DNA from: Clostridia bacterium
GTDB taxonomy: Bacteria > Bacillota > Clostridia > Oscillospirales > CAG-272
Reading direction: 5' to 3'
DNA: 64,000 bases
NCBI GenBank assembly: GCA_017532025.1
Contig: JAFXJX010000090.1
Coordinates: 9,910-73,909, forward strand
The notes beneath the pieces are model-generated. The model ran no database searches and was not told the origin of the DNA. It was given only the letters and a program-made list of their open reading frames with translations. Shown here piece by piece: positions 15,146-24,016 of the stretch. The translations under genes and the position numbers were made by a program. The number at the start of each line of letters is the position of its first letter. Positions within the stretch are counted from its first letter, which is position 1.

Positions 15146-17254
15146 TTATTTTCTCTTCTTAAATATGGCAACACCAAGCAAAGAAACCACAACCACACCG
15201 CAACATACAATGAGCAGTACCTCCGTATTGTCAAACAGCCAATCACGAATGCTATCGGGCTTAGCGGTGTTTTCCTTTTCAATTTCCTTGATTTCATATT
15301 CACCGCAGGTCTTGCAATCGCGGCGCTTCATCTCTGTGTCGTCAGAAGAACCGGATGTAAACCATTCTCCGAAATTGTGGTCTGTCTTGGGAATGTCTTC
15401 TGTCTCGGTATGACCGCAAACCGAACAGGTCTTTTTTCTCTTGCCGACCTCGGTGCAAGTGGCTTTTTTGGTCACAACACCTTCATCATACGAGTGCGTT
15501 TGGCACTCCTCTCTTTCAGGTGTGTGGAATTCTTTATAGTTATCGCCGCACACCGAACAGGTATAGAGTGTATAACCGTCATGTTCGGTTGCCGAATAAC
15601 TGTGAGGAGCTACCGTGCGTTCTCTCGAACAAACATTACAAGTTGCATCGCAAGCATTGTCATAGCTGTGTGCTGCTTTTTCAACCTCAGCGCCGCACTT
15701 GGTACACGCTTTCCAATGGTGCGTGCCGTTGGACTCTAATGTAGCCCCGTAGGTGTGTGTAACCGTGCGTTCTCTTCCGCAACCATTGCAGTACGCATCA
15801 CAGTCATTGTCGTAGCTGTGTGTTGCTTTTTGAATCTGATCACCGCACTCGGTGCATTCTTTCCAGTGGTGCGTACCGTCCGATTTCAACGTTGCGCCGT
15901 AGGTATGTGTAACCGTGCGTTTTCTTCCGCAACCGTTGCAGTACGCATCACAGTCATTGTCGTAGCTGTGTGTTGCTTTTTGAATCTGATCACCGCACTC
16001 GGTGCATTCTTTCCAGTGGTGCGTACCGTCCGATTTCAACGTTGCGCCATAGCTATGCGTAACCGTGCGTTCTCTCGAACAAACGTTACACTTTGTATCG
16101 CAGTCATTGTCGTAGATGTGTGCTTCTTTTTCAGTCTCATCACCGCACTTGGTGCACTCTTTCCAATGGTGCGTGCCGTTAGACACGAATGTAGTTCCGT
16201 AGGTATGCGAACATTCGGTCGCATCCTCCAGCACCCATATCTGATTGGCGGCTTTGGTAGTTGTCGTAACGTATAAGCGGTTTTCAGCGGTTCTTGTAAC
16301 AGACAGTTTCGGATTATCAGCAGGATGAATCAAATATCCACCATTGCACTCCTCGAAAATCCATCTTTGCGACTTGTCACCAGCTATCTTGTTATACAGA
16401 GCAACTTCGTCACCGTGATCGGTAGGAGCGCTAGAATCGGGTTGCTTGTAACAATTGCTTTCCCACCATGCATGAACAATATAGCCATTTTGGGTAGCGG
16501 TGGGAGTAATAATATAATAATCTCCCTCTTCTTCCACCATAAAAGTAAACCTCTCGTCCGCACTTCCATCAGAACAACCAAGAACATTTGTCACTTGCTT
16601 TTTGTCGCTCTTCATATACATACGGTAACCGTTGTTGTTGAAGTAGTAAATTCCCTCTGCAATATTGGCAGGTTGGATTTGAAGATCACCCTCATATCCT
16701 TGATAAAAATAAGATACCGGGCCACCATCCGCCGTAGAGTTATTGTTTATCGTGGTAGACGAATAGTTCCATTTTCCTCTAACTTCCAAATGCAAGTGTT
16801 TGCCATATGAGTATCCCGAAGATCCCATCGTTGCCAATGGCTGACCACCGATTACCATATCATTTTTACGAACGACGATCGTGTCTTTCAACAAATGACC
16901 ATATATAACGTCATAGGTGGTATTATCGGATCGCGTGCATCTGACAACAACTGCGTTTCCCCACGTATTGTTGTGTTCACATCCACCGTTCACTCCTTCA
17001 CTGCTATGCCAACAGTTGTTAAACACCTCTATAACTTTTCCTTCGACCGATGAATATATCGTATCATCTTGTTTAGCAACAATATCTATTCCAAGATGGG
17101 AACTAGAGTATTTCTGTCCCGGGGTAATTGTGCCGTTTTTTACAGGCCATAGAAAACTATATGTAGCCGCCGCCTCGCTTTCAATGGCAAACATCGGTAT
17201 GATTGAAATAACCATAATCAGCGCCATGACAATCAAAGATATTCGTTTTTTCAT
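15146..17254 (-). CDS. Secreted, membrane-anchored M23 (LytM-type) metallopeptidase with a ricin-B-like lectin region, four 50-aa Cys/His-rich repeats and a C-terminal TM anchor
   Basis: Signal peptide MKKRISLIVMALIMVISIIPMFAIESEA. M23 motifs are HLGIDI and GKHLHLEV. QRWIFEE and NQIWVLED are QxW-like. Repeats read HxYGATLKSDGTHHWKECTECG...YDNDCDAYCNGCG. The C-terminus is LLIVCCGVVVVSLLGVAIFKKRK. Confidence 0.85.
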   Translation of the reverse strand: MKKRISLIVMALIMVISIIPMFAIESEAAATYSFLWPVKNGTITPGQKYSSSHLGIDIVAKQDDTIYSSVEGKVIEVFNNCWHSSEGVNGGCEHNNTWGNAVVVRCTRSDNTTYDVIYGHLLKDTIVVRKNDMVIGGQPLATMGSSGYSYGKHLHLEVRGKWNYSSTTINNNSTADGGPVSYFYQGYEGDLQIQPANIAEGIYYFNNNGYRMYMKSDKKQVTNVLGCSDGSADERFTFMVEEEGDYYIITPTATQNGYIVHAWWESNCYKQPDSSAPTDHGDEVALYNKIAGDKSQRWIFEECNGGYLIHPADNPKLSVTRTAENRLYVTTTTKAANQIWVLEDATECSHTYGTTFVSNGTHHWKECTKCGDETEKEAHIYDNDCDTKCNVCSRERTVTHSYGATLKSDGTHHWKECTECGDQIQKATHSYDNDCDAYCNGCGRKRTVTHTYGATLKSDGTHHWKECTECGDQIQKATHSYDNDCDAYCNGCGRERTVTHTYGATLESNGTHHWKACTKCGAEVEKAAHSYDNACDATCNVCSRERTVAPHSYSATEHDGYTLYTCSVCGDNYKEFHTPEREECQTHSYDEGVVTKKATCTEVGKRKKTCSVCGHTETEDIPKTDHNFGEWFTSGSSDDTEMKRRDCKTCGEYEIKEIEKENTAKPDSIRDWLFDNTEVLLIVCCGVVVVSLLGVAIFKKRK
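15600..16205. repeat. Four tandem 150-bp coding repeats, the central two nearly identical
   Basis: Units start at about 15599, 15749, 15899 and 16049. Units 15749-15898 and 15899-16048 differ at only a few positions. The outer units resemble each other (A-B-B-A pattern). Confidence 0.85.
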
Positions 17255-17281
17255 TTTCTTCTCCCCTTAAAAAGTTTCATT

Positions 17282-18028
17282 TTAATTGGATTTCTTAGGC
17301 TTAACTTCATCGCTAAGATATATAGATTTGACTCCGGTCTTTAGGTTAATTTCCAAACTCAACGATATAGTATCATCACTGTTATCGCTTGAGAATGCAT
17401 GCGCCTCTACCCACCCTTCAGGCAATTTGATGTCAATATCTATATCTGCGTCTAGGTCGCTCGGTGAATAATCAAGTACACTATTTGTCACAGTTTCCGT
17501 TCCGGATTTTTCAATGTGCAGCTCTTCAAAAAGGGTAGTTACGATATCAAGGTCAGCGGATATATCGTAACACAGTTTTATTTCTTTGTCAGTAACACTC
17601 AATATTTCAACATAACCGGAAATTTCTTGATATTCACTTAATGTACTTACATCGTATTTGCCAACCAAGTTATCGTTATATGTATAAGTAGGTCTTGTCC
17701 ACGGTTCTGCATCGAGTAACGACCATAAATCAGTTGTCCTGTTATACTGAAAAACAGCTTCACATGTAGAGATGAAATATCCGTACTTGCCTTCCGATTT
17801 CGACACAATCGTTACGTAATCAAGATGTGATTCCGAATCGTATTTGTTGTGAGTAACGTAAGTAGTTTCGTTAGAATAAGCATATTGGCATTCACTTACT
17901 GATCTGATTGCAACACCATCGGGCACACCTTTACTTTCATTACCGCAAGCAGTGAAACAGATTATCAAAGCAAAAATAAGTACGATGATTAAAATAATAC
18001 TTGTTTTTTTCATATTTGTATGATTCAT
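17282..18028 (-). CDS. Hypothetical lipoprotein, first gene of the M23 operon
   Basis: GGGAGG RBS 8 nt before the ATG at 18028. Lipobox is IICFTAC. No recognisable domain. The stop is 27 nt before the M23 gene start. Confidence 0.75.
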   Translation of the reverse strand: MNHTNMKKTSIILIIVLIFALIICFTACGNESKGVPDGVAIRSVSECQYAYSNETTYVTHNKYDSESHLDYVTIVSKSEGKYGYFISTCEAVFQYNRTTDLWSLLDAEPWTRPTYTYNDNLVGKYDVSTLSEYQEISGYVEILSVTDKEIKLCYDISADLDIVTTLFEELHIEKSGTETVTNSVLDYSPSDLDADIDIDIKLPEGWVEAHAFSSDNSDDTISLSLEINLKTGVKSIYLSDEVKPKKSN

Positions 18029-18153
18029 TTAGTGTTCCTCCCATTATGTTTTAGATTGCTCGTTGTTAGTCATTTTTTAATAGTACCACCTGTTCATTTC
18101 ATCCACTACTTTTCATCCATTTTCTTCTCTCTCCTTATTGTAAAATTTACCCT

Positions 18154-18196
18154 ATTATAACACCGTATGGTGTTATTGTCAACACCATACGGTGTT
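18154..18196 (-). promoter_or_regulatory. Consensus promoter (TTGACA-17-TATAAT, minus strand) overlapped by a 16-nt inverted-repeat operator
   Basis: Minus-strand -35 is at 18177-18182 and -10 at 18154-18159. Arms AACACCGTATGGTGTT (18159-18174) and AACACCATACGGTGTT (18181-18196) are exact reverse complements. They cover the spacer and the -35 flank. Confidence 0.6.
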
Positions 18197-18239
18197 TTTT
18201 TGTATAATAGAGTTACATACTATAAGACGGAGGGATGTT

Positions 18240-18437
18240 ATGTTTGTTTACAGAAGAGTCCGTGATTCACGAGAAGATCACGACAAAACGCAAAAAGAAA
18301 TGGCAGAAGTTTTAAATGTTCAGCTCACCGTTTATCAGCGCTATGAGCGCGGCGAGCGCGAACTGCCGCTTTGGGCGGCCATTAAGCTTGCTGATTATTA
18401 CCACGTCACACTTGATTATTTGGTTGGAAGAACTTAA
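18240..18437 (+). CDS. XRE-family HTH regulator (65 aa)
   Basis: GGAGGGA RBS before the ATG at 18240. The sequence is KTQKEMAEVLNVQLTVYQRYERGERELPLWAAIKLADYYHVTLDYLVGRT. It is divergent from the M23 operon. Confidence 0.85.
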   Translation: MFVYRRVRDSREDHDKTQKEMAEVLNVQLTVYQRYERGERELPLWAAIKLADYYHVTLDYLVGRT

Positions 18438-18485
18438 CAGCAGAAAGAGCGCGAAAAACTCTCTTTCTGCTGTTTTGTTTTTAAA
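18438..18485 (+). terminator. Rho-independent terminator
   Basis: CAGCAGAAAGAG (18438-18449) pairs with CTCTTTCTGCTG (18461-18472), followed by TTTTGTTTTT. Confidence 0.75.
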
Positions 18486-18533
18486 ATATCGGTTTGCGAA
18501 ACGATAGTTGTTCGACGAAATAAATGCACGGAT

Positions 18534-18658
18534 GTAGGGGCGACCCTATGTGGTCGCCCGTCATAAACGATTTTAGCAAAACAAAATTTGATTGAAAAAA
18601 ATCAAATACCATAACGTGTGTTCTATCATTGCGGGCGACCACACAGGGTCGCCCCTAC
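18534..18658. repeat. REP doublet: two GTAG-hairpin units in inverted orientation
   Basis: GTAGGGGCGACCctatgtGGTCGCCCG (18534-18560) and its near reverse complement CGGGCGACCacacagGGTCGCCCCTAC (18632-18658). The spacer holds a TTTGATTgaaaaaaATCAAA palindrome. Confidence 0.65.
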
Positions 18659-18823
18659 TATGATGTAACGTCTAAAACTTGATATAAACCTCTCTCCGCC
18701 TCGCCAAGGCGAGCCACCTCTCCCAAAGGGCGAGGCTTAGCTTTGAAATACTCTCCCTACGGGAGAGTTACCGTGAAGCGCGTGAGAGGGCAAAATAAAG
18801 TTTTAGTTGTTACGGCGCACTAC
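18659..18823. repeat. MITE-like repeat, copy D (family termini, different interior)
   Basis: Termini are GATGTAACGTCTAAAACTT and AAAGTTTTAGTTGTTACGGCGCACTAC. The interior has hairpins CCTCGCCAAGGCGAGG and CTCTCCCTACGGGAGAG instead of the CATCCTGAGC motifs. Confidence 0.55.
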
Positions 18824-19011
18824 GGCAGATATGCCTGTTTTTGCGATCAAATTTGGTAAAGCGATAATCGATCACCCACACCCGGTAGGGGGCGACGCTT
18901 GCCCTTACAGGGCGGCGACCCAAAAATCACAATAAAATCACGAAACATTTCTTGACTACCACCCCGAAATATAGTACAATAGGGCAACGACTTTGGACTC
19001 AGGAGTTTATT

Positions 19012-21567
19012 ATGAAAAAAACCTTACATATCATCCCGCATTCCCATTGGGACAGAGAATGGTATCTTCCCTTTGAAAAACACCGTACCCGCCTGATTGA
19101 TCTGCTCGACAACCTCATCGAGGTTATGGAGGCGAATGACGACTATACATACTTTCACTTAGACGGACAGTTTGCCGTCATTGAGGACTATCTGGAAGTG
19201 CGCCCCTCGATGAAGGATCGCCTCTTTGCCCTCATCCGCGCAGGCAGAATCAAGGTTGGCCCTTGGTACGTTCTGCAGGACGAATACTTAACCTGCGGCG
19301 AATCCAACGTGCGTAATATGCTGTACGGCATTCGCCTTTGCAAGGAGATCGGCGCAGAGCCGGTGAAGTGCGGCTACTTCCCCGATGCTTTCGGCAACAT
19401 TTCGCAAGCACCGCAGATCGTGCGCGGCTTCGGCATCGACAACGCCGTCTTCGGTCGCGGTGTCAACGATGTGGGCGCCGATAACGAAATCCTCAAGCAA
19501 AACGGTATGTCGAACAGCGAAATGATCTGGCGCGGCCCCGACGGAAGCGAAGTGCTCGGCGTGATGTTCTGCAACTGGTATCACAACGCCATGCAGCTCC
19601 CCTCCGACCCCAAGCTGCTCAGAAAGCGCCTTGACCGCATCATCAAAAACACCTATCGCTTTGCCACCACCGATCATCTGCTCGGCATGAACGGCTGCGA
19701 CCATCAGCCCTTGCAAAAGGATCTTCATGAAGTCATCAAGCTTGCCAACAAGGTGCAAAGAAAAGCCTTCGTCAAGCAGTCGAACATCGAAGACTACGTA
19801 GACGAAATCCGCAAGAGCGCCAAAGACCTTAAGGTTTTTGAAGGCGAGATCAACTCGCAGTACACCTCCGGCTGGGGCAACCTCATCTGCACCGCCTCAG
19901 CGCACGTGGATATCAAGCAAGACAACCACGAAGCAGAACACTTGCTCACCGGCATCGCAGAGCCGCTGTCTGTGCTCTTAAAAGAAAACGGCGGCAAATA
20001 CAAGAGCGATCTTTTTCTGTACGCATGGCGCACGCTGATGCAAAACCATCCGCACGACTCGATCTGCACCTGCTCTTGCGACGAGGTTTATGACGAAATG
20101 AAGGTGCGTTTTATGAAATCGCGTACCTGCACCGAGGAGCTTCGCGACTACGCGCTTGAAAAGCTCACAAGCGCCATCACCACCGAAGGTGTTGACGGTG
20201 AAAAGGCAATCGTTGTCTTCTCGCTCTCTCCCAACAAATCCACCGCCATGGCAAAAGCAAACGTAGATTTTGACATGGAAGACAAGGTCAAATCGATTGC
20301 CATCTTTGATGAAAAGGGCAACGAAATTGCCGCCAAGATCACCTACCTGCCCAAGACCTTTACTTATACCCTGCCCGAAGACCGCTTCCGTCAGCCCAAA
20401 CGCGTTGACCGCTTTGCAGTGGAATTCCCCGTAACAAGCGAATCCATCGGCTACGTTACCTACAGCGTCAAGCTGCAAGAGGCAACCAAGTGCGAAACAC
20501 CCCTTTGTGAAAACAACACGCTTGAAAACGAATTTTTGCGCGTGACCTTCAACGAAAACGGCAGCTTTGACCTTCTCGACAAACGCACGGGTGAAGTATA
20601 TTCAGGCAACAACCTCTTTGAAGATTCTGCCGACAAGGGCGATCTTTACAACTACGAACAGCCCAAGGGAAACAAGGCAATTATCAGCAATCAGCACAAA
20701 GCGAAGATTTCTCTTTACGAAACCACCGCATACTCTGCCACCTACAAGGTATCTCTCACGCTGACAAAAGGCGTCACCCTCGCAAGCTATATCACCTTGA
20801 CCCGCGGTGTTGCGCGCGTGGACATCAAAACCACGGTGAACAACAAAAAGAAAAATCACCGTCTGCGCGCACTCTTCCCCACCGCATTCACTACCGAATC
20901 TGTGTATGCCGAAGGTCAGTTCGATATTGTAAAACGCGACATCAAGCCCTCCTTCACATGGGAAAACCCCTGCAACGCGCAGAGAATGCAGACCTTTGTC
21001 ACCCTCAAGGATGACTTTTCCGACAGAGCGCTTCTGCTCTCCACCCGCGGCGTTGTGGAATACGAGGTTTTGCGCGACGGCAAGAACACTCTCGCTCTCA
21101 CTCTGCTCCGCGCCGTTGGTGAAGTGGGCGACTGGGGCGATTTCCCCGCACCCAAGGGTCAGAAGATCGGCGAATATACACTTGAATACAGTCTCATTCC
21201 TTACAGGAAGGAAGAAGAAAGCAACGCTTTCTCGCTCGGCTACAGCTTCTCCTATCCGCAGGCAGTTGCCGTGGGTACCGAAAAGCACGAAGGCACCCTG
21301 CCTGCAGAAGCCGCCTATGTCAGCTTCAATAATGAATATATCCGCGCGTCTGCTTTCAAGAAGAAGGAAGACGGCAACTCCACCGTTTTGCGTCTGTTTA
21401 ACACGCACACCGACGCGGTTGATCTCACAATCTCCCTCGGCGAGCACTATACAAGAGCCAACCTGCTCTCGCTCGGCGAAGATACGCTCGAAGAGCTCAC
21501 CGTGGAGGGCGGCAAGCTTACAATGACAATCCCCAAAAAGAAGATCATCACCCTTGAACTGAAGTGA
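19012..21567 (+). CDS. GH38 alpha-mannosidase (mannosylglycerate hydrolase-like)
   Basis: The N-terminus HIIPHSHWDREWYLPFE and GPWYVLQDEYL are GH38 hallmarks. The ATG at 19012 with RBS AGGAG was preferred over the tracked TTG at 18952. Confidence 0.9.
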   Translation: MKKTLHIIPHSHWDREWYLPFEKHRTRLIDLLDNLIEVMEANDDYTYFHLDGQFAVIEDYLEVRPSMKDRLFALIRAGRIKVGPWYVLQDEYLTCGESNVRNMLYGIRLCKEIGAEPVKCGYFPDAFGNISQAPQIVRGFGIDNAVFGRGVNDVGADNEILKQNGMSNSEMIWRGPDGSEVLGVMFCNWYHNAMQLPSDPKLLRKRLDRIIKNTYRFATTDHLLGMNGCDHQPLQKDLHEVIKLANKVQRKAFVKQSNIEDYVDEIRKSAKDLKVFEGEINSQYTSGWGNLICTASAHVDIKQDNHEAEHLLTGIAEPLSVLLKENGGKYKSDLFLYAWRTLMQNHPHDSICTCSCDEVYDEMKVRFMKSRTCTEELRDYALEKLTSAITTEGVDGEKAIVVFSLSPNKSTAMAKANVDFDMEDKVKSIAIFDEKGNEIAAKITYLPKTFTYTLPEDRFRQPKRVDRFAVEFPVTSESIGYVTYSVKLQEATKCETPLCENNTLENEFLRVTFNENGSFDLLDKRTGEVYSGNNLFEDSADKGDLYNYEQPKGNKAIISNQHKAKISLYETTAYSATYKVSLTLTKGVTLASYITLTRGVARVDIKTTVNNKKKNHRLRALFPTAFTTESVYAEGQFDIVKRDIKPSFTWENPCNAQRMQTFVTLKDDFSDRALLLSTRGVVEYEVLRDGKNTLALTLLRAVGEVGDWGDFPAPKGQKIGEYTLEYSLIPYRKEEESNAFSLGYSFSYPQAVAVGTEKHEGTLPAEAAYVSFNNEYIRASAFKKKEDGNSTVLRLFNTHTDAVDLTISLGEHYTRANLLSLGEDTLEELTVEGGKLTMTIPKKKIITLELK

Positions 21568-21595
21568 AAATAAATGAAAAGGAGAGGTACACACC

Positions 21596-22378
21596 ATGTT
21601 CTGTCCTAACTGCAAAAAAGAAATTCCCGACAATTCCGCATTTTGTTCTGAATGCGGCGAACCCATCGTAGCACCCATTCCGGAATCCGCACCCACAGCT
21701 ACCCCTACCGTTCCGGTAAAAAAAATTCAGTACTTTACCAAAGTTGCACCCAAAAACAAGCGCATTCTTGCCGGCGTTGCGCTTGCTTTCGGTATCCTTT
21801 GCATCCTGTTCGTCTTCCTGTCTGCCAACAACACCGTAAACGGTTCGTTCTTTGATCTGCCCATCGTTTCGATTTTTGATCTTGACGACGACGAATTCAA
21901 TCAGTTGGAAAAAGATCTCGACGAAGCCGTAAAGGTTATTGAAGAGGCAGATAACGATGAAATCAAAGAAATTTTAAGTAATATCTTGAAGGTACCTGTC
22001 CGTGAAATCAAAGACCCGGAGAGCGAACGAGAAAAAATCCTTGACCTGCTCACCCCTTTTTCGCTCAACAGCACGCTTGTACTGAGTGAAGAATACAGCA
22101 TGGCACCGTCTGAAGATTCGGATTTGATCAGCACCGTGATCACAGGCATTTGGATCATTGCCGCCTTCTTGATACTCCTCACCGCACTTGGCGTTTTCTT
22201 CATGAAAACCTGGATCATGGTTCTTTCCTACATCCTCGGCGTGCTCTTTGTCATCCTCACAGGCGGCTTTGTATACTTTATCTTGACAACAGTTGCCTAC
22301 ATCACCACCGCAGTTCTCTTCTCCAAGATGAAGCGCCATTACGAGGCATACAAAGCAGCTTGCGTCACAAACATTTAA
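21596..22378 (+). CDS. Zinc-ribbon membrane protein
   Basis: MFCPNCKKEIPDNSAFCSECG zinc ribbon, then several TM segments. RBS is AAAGGAGAGG. Confidence 0.75.
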   Translation: MFCPNCKKEIPDNSAFCSECGEPIVAPIPESAPTATPTVPVKKIQYFTKVAPKNKRILAGVALAFGILCILFVFLSANNTVNGSFFDLPIVSIFDLDDDEFNQLEKDLDEAVKVIEEADNDEIKEILSNILKVPVREIKDPESEREKILDLLTPFSLNSTLVLSEEYSMAPSEDSDLISTVITGIWIIAAFLILLTALGVFFMKTWIMVLSYILGVLFVILTGGFVYFILTTVAYITTAVLFSKMKRHYEAYKAACVTNI

Positions 22379-22388
22379 ATTATTTTTC

Positions 22389-22647
22389 GGGTTGTCGAGG
22401 GCGCCAACCCCTACTACGCTGTAACAACTAAAACTTTATATAAATAATTTCCGCGAGATCCAAACGGCAAGCCGTTTGCCCTGCGGGTTTCGACTGCGTC
22501 CGCCCGTGTCATCCTGAGTGAAGCGAAGCGAAATCGAACTGCGTAGCAGTGCCAAGCGTAAGCGACGGCAGGATCTCGGGCGGACTCCGCTCAAGATGAC
22601 ACGCGGAGTGAAGTGTATGTAAAGTTTTAGTTGAAACAAGGTGCTAC
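22389..22647. repeat. REP-like hairpin (22389-22414) fused to MITE-like repeat copy B (22412-22647)
   Basis: GGGTTG...CAACCC followed by CTAC, then termini GTAACAACTAAAACTT / AAGTTTTAGTTGAAAC. The interior is nearly identical to copy A from GGGTTTCGACTGCGTCCGCCCGTGTCATCCTGAG onward. Confidence 0.7.
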
Positions 22648-22706
22648 CAATCCTCGCAATTTCATCAATCAAGCCACGGTACGGCATAATCCTTTATACC
22701 ACACCG

Positions 22707-22743
22707 CAAAAACCACCGAGCATCATTTGATGCTCGGTGGTTT
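22707..22743. terminator. Bidirectional terminator downstream of minus gene 22755
   Basis: CCACCGAGCATCA-tt-TGATGCTCGGTGG with AAAAA and TTT flanks. Confidence 0.75.
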
Positions 22744-22754
22744 CCCATATACCA

Positions 22755-23888
22755 TTATTCAGAAAGGATCTTGCAAACCTTTTCGAGGTTTTTGCGAATC
22801 TCAAGATGCTGCGGGCATTTGTCTTCGCACACGCCGCAATCAAGGCAGTCGGCAAAGGTCTTGCCGCCGCGACGGATATAATCGCGCATCATGTTCTTGG
22901 CGTGATCCTTCAGACCGTACACGTTGTAGTAGGTCCAGATTTCAAAGATGCGGGGAATGTTGATCTCCGCAGGGCAAGGCTGGCAGTATTTGCAGCCTGT
23001 GCAATAAAGCTCGGAGAACTTCTTGATCTCTTCCATCGCAAGACCGAGCTGTTCCCATTCAGCCGCCGAAAAAGCGGTATCGTCAGACGAAACCTTGACG
23101 TTCTTCTGTACCATATCAAGATTCTGCATATCCGAAAGCGCACAGTTCAGATTGGGATTGCCAAGGCAGAACTTGAACGCAAGCTCGTAGGTAGAAATCG
23201 AAGGCTTGCCTGTCAGCTTTGCATACAGATCGGTCGGCGCGGCAAGGCGACCGCCGCCAACAGGACCCATCGCAACCGTACCAAGACCTTTTTCGTTTAC
23301 GTACTTGATCATTTCTTCGTTCGAGCGGTCAAGCAGATTGTACTGGCAAAGAAGTGATTCCATCTTCACACCGCGCGCTTCTGCGGTATCAACAATATAT
23401 TTGATTGCGGAAGGATGGTCGTGGAAGGAGAAGGAGATGTGGCGAATTAATCCCTCTTCTTTTGCCTTGGCGGCAGCTTCCAAAAGATTTCCACCCAGCA
23501 CAACATCATCAAAAGAGCCTCGGTTCAGCGCCCAGAAGTGATAAAAATCAATATGGTCTGTGCCAAGACGGGTAAGGCTTCTCTCCAAATGCTCACGGTA
23601 GTCCTTTTGACTCATGCCCTTGTCGATCGGGCATTTGGTGGAAATGAGAATTTCATTTCTGAAATCCTTCACCGCATGACCAAGCGCCGCTTCGCTGTTG
23701 GAATTGCAATAGTAAGGGGCGGTATCAAAGTAGTTGACGCCGTTTTCGTAGGCGTAGCGGATCATTTCGTCAACCTTGTCCTGATCCACAAAATTCTTTT
23801 CATCCTGCTTGTATTCGGGAAAGCGCATACAGCCAAAGCCAAGGGCTGAGATTTTCTCACCGGTTTTACCAAAATCACGATAGTTCAT
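22755..23888 (-). CDS. Aldo/keto reductase with a C-terminal 4Fe-4S cluster domain
   Basis: GFGCMRFP, NYFDTAPYY and the AKR fold, followed by CTGCKYCQPCP and CLDCGVCEDKCP ferredoxin-type motifs. Confidence 0.85.
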   Translation of the reverse strand: MNYRDFGKTGEKISALGFGCMRFPEYKQDEKNFVDQDKVDEMIRYAYENGVNYFDTAPYYCNSNSEAALGHAVKDFRNEILISTKCPIDKGMSQKDYREHLERSLTRLGTDHIDFYHFWALNRGSFDDVVLGGNLLEAAAKAKEEGLIRHISFSFHDHPSAIKYIVDTAEARGVKMESLLCQYNLLDRSNEEMIKYVNEKGLGTVAMGPVGGGRLAAPTDLYAKLTGKPSISTYELAFKFCLGNPNLNCALSDMQNLDMVQKNVKVSSDDTAFSAAEWEQLGLAMEEIKKFSELYCTGCKYCQPCPAEINIPRIFEIWTYYNVYGLKDHAKNMMRDYIRRGGKTFADCLDCGVCEDKCPQHLEIRKNLEKVCKILSE

Positions 23889-23984
23889 ATACAAAACATC
23901 CTTTCAAATTGGGATTCTATGGAATCATTATAGCACATTCCAATTAAAAAATCAAGAACCGTTATACGATAAGTTTAAAAATTC

Positions 23985-24010
23985 AAAACCTCGGAAAACC
24001 CGAGGTTTTT
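23985..24010. terminator. Bidirectional terminator downstream of minus gene 24017
   Basis: AACCTCGG-aaaa-CCGAGGTT flanked by AAAA and TTTTT. Confidence 0.7.
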
Positions 24011-24016
24011 GTGTGT

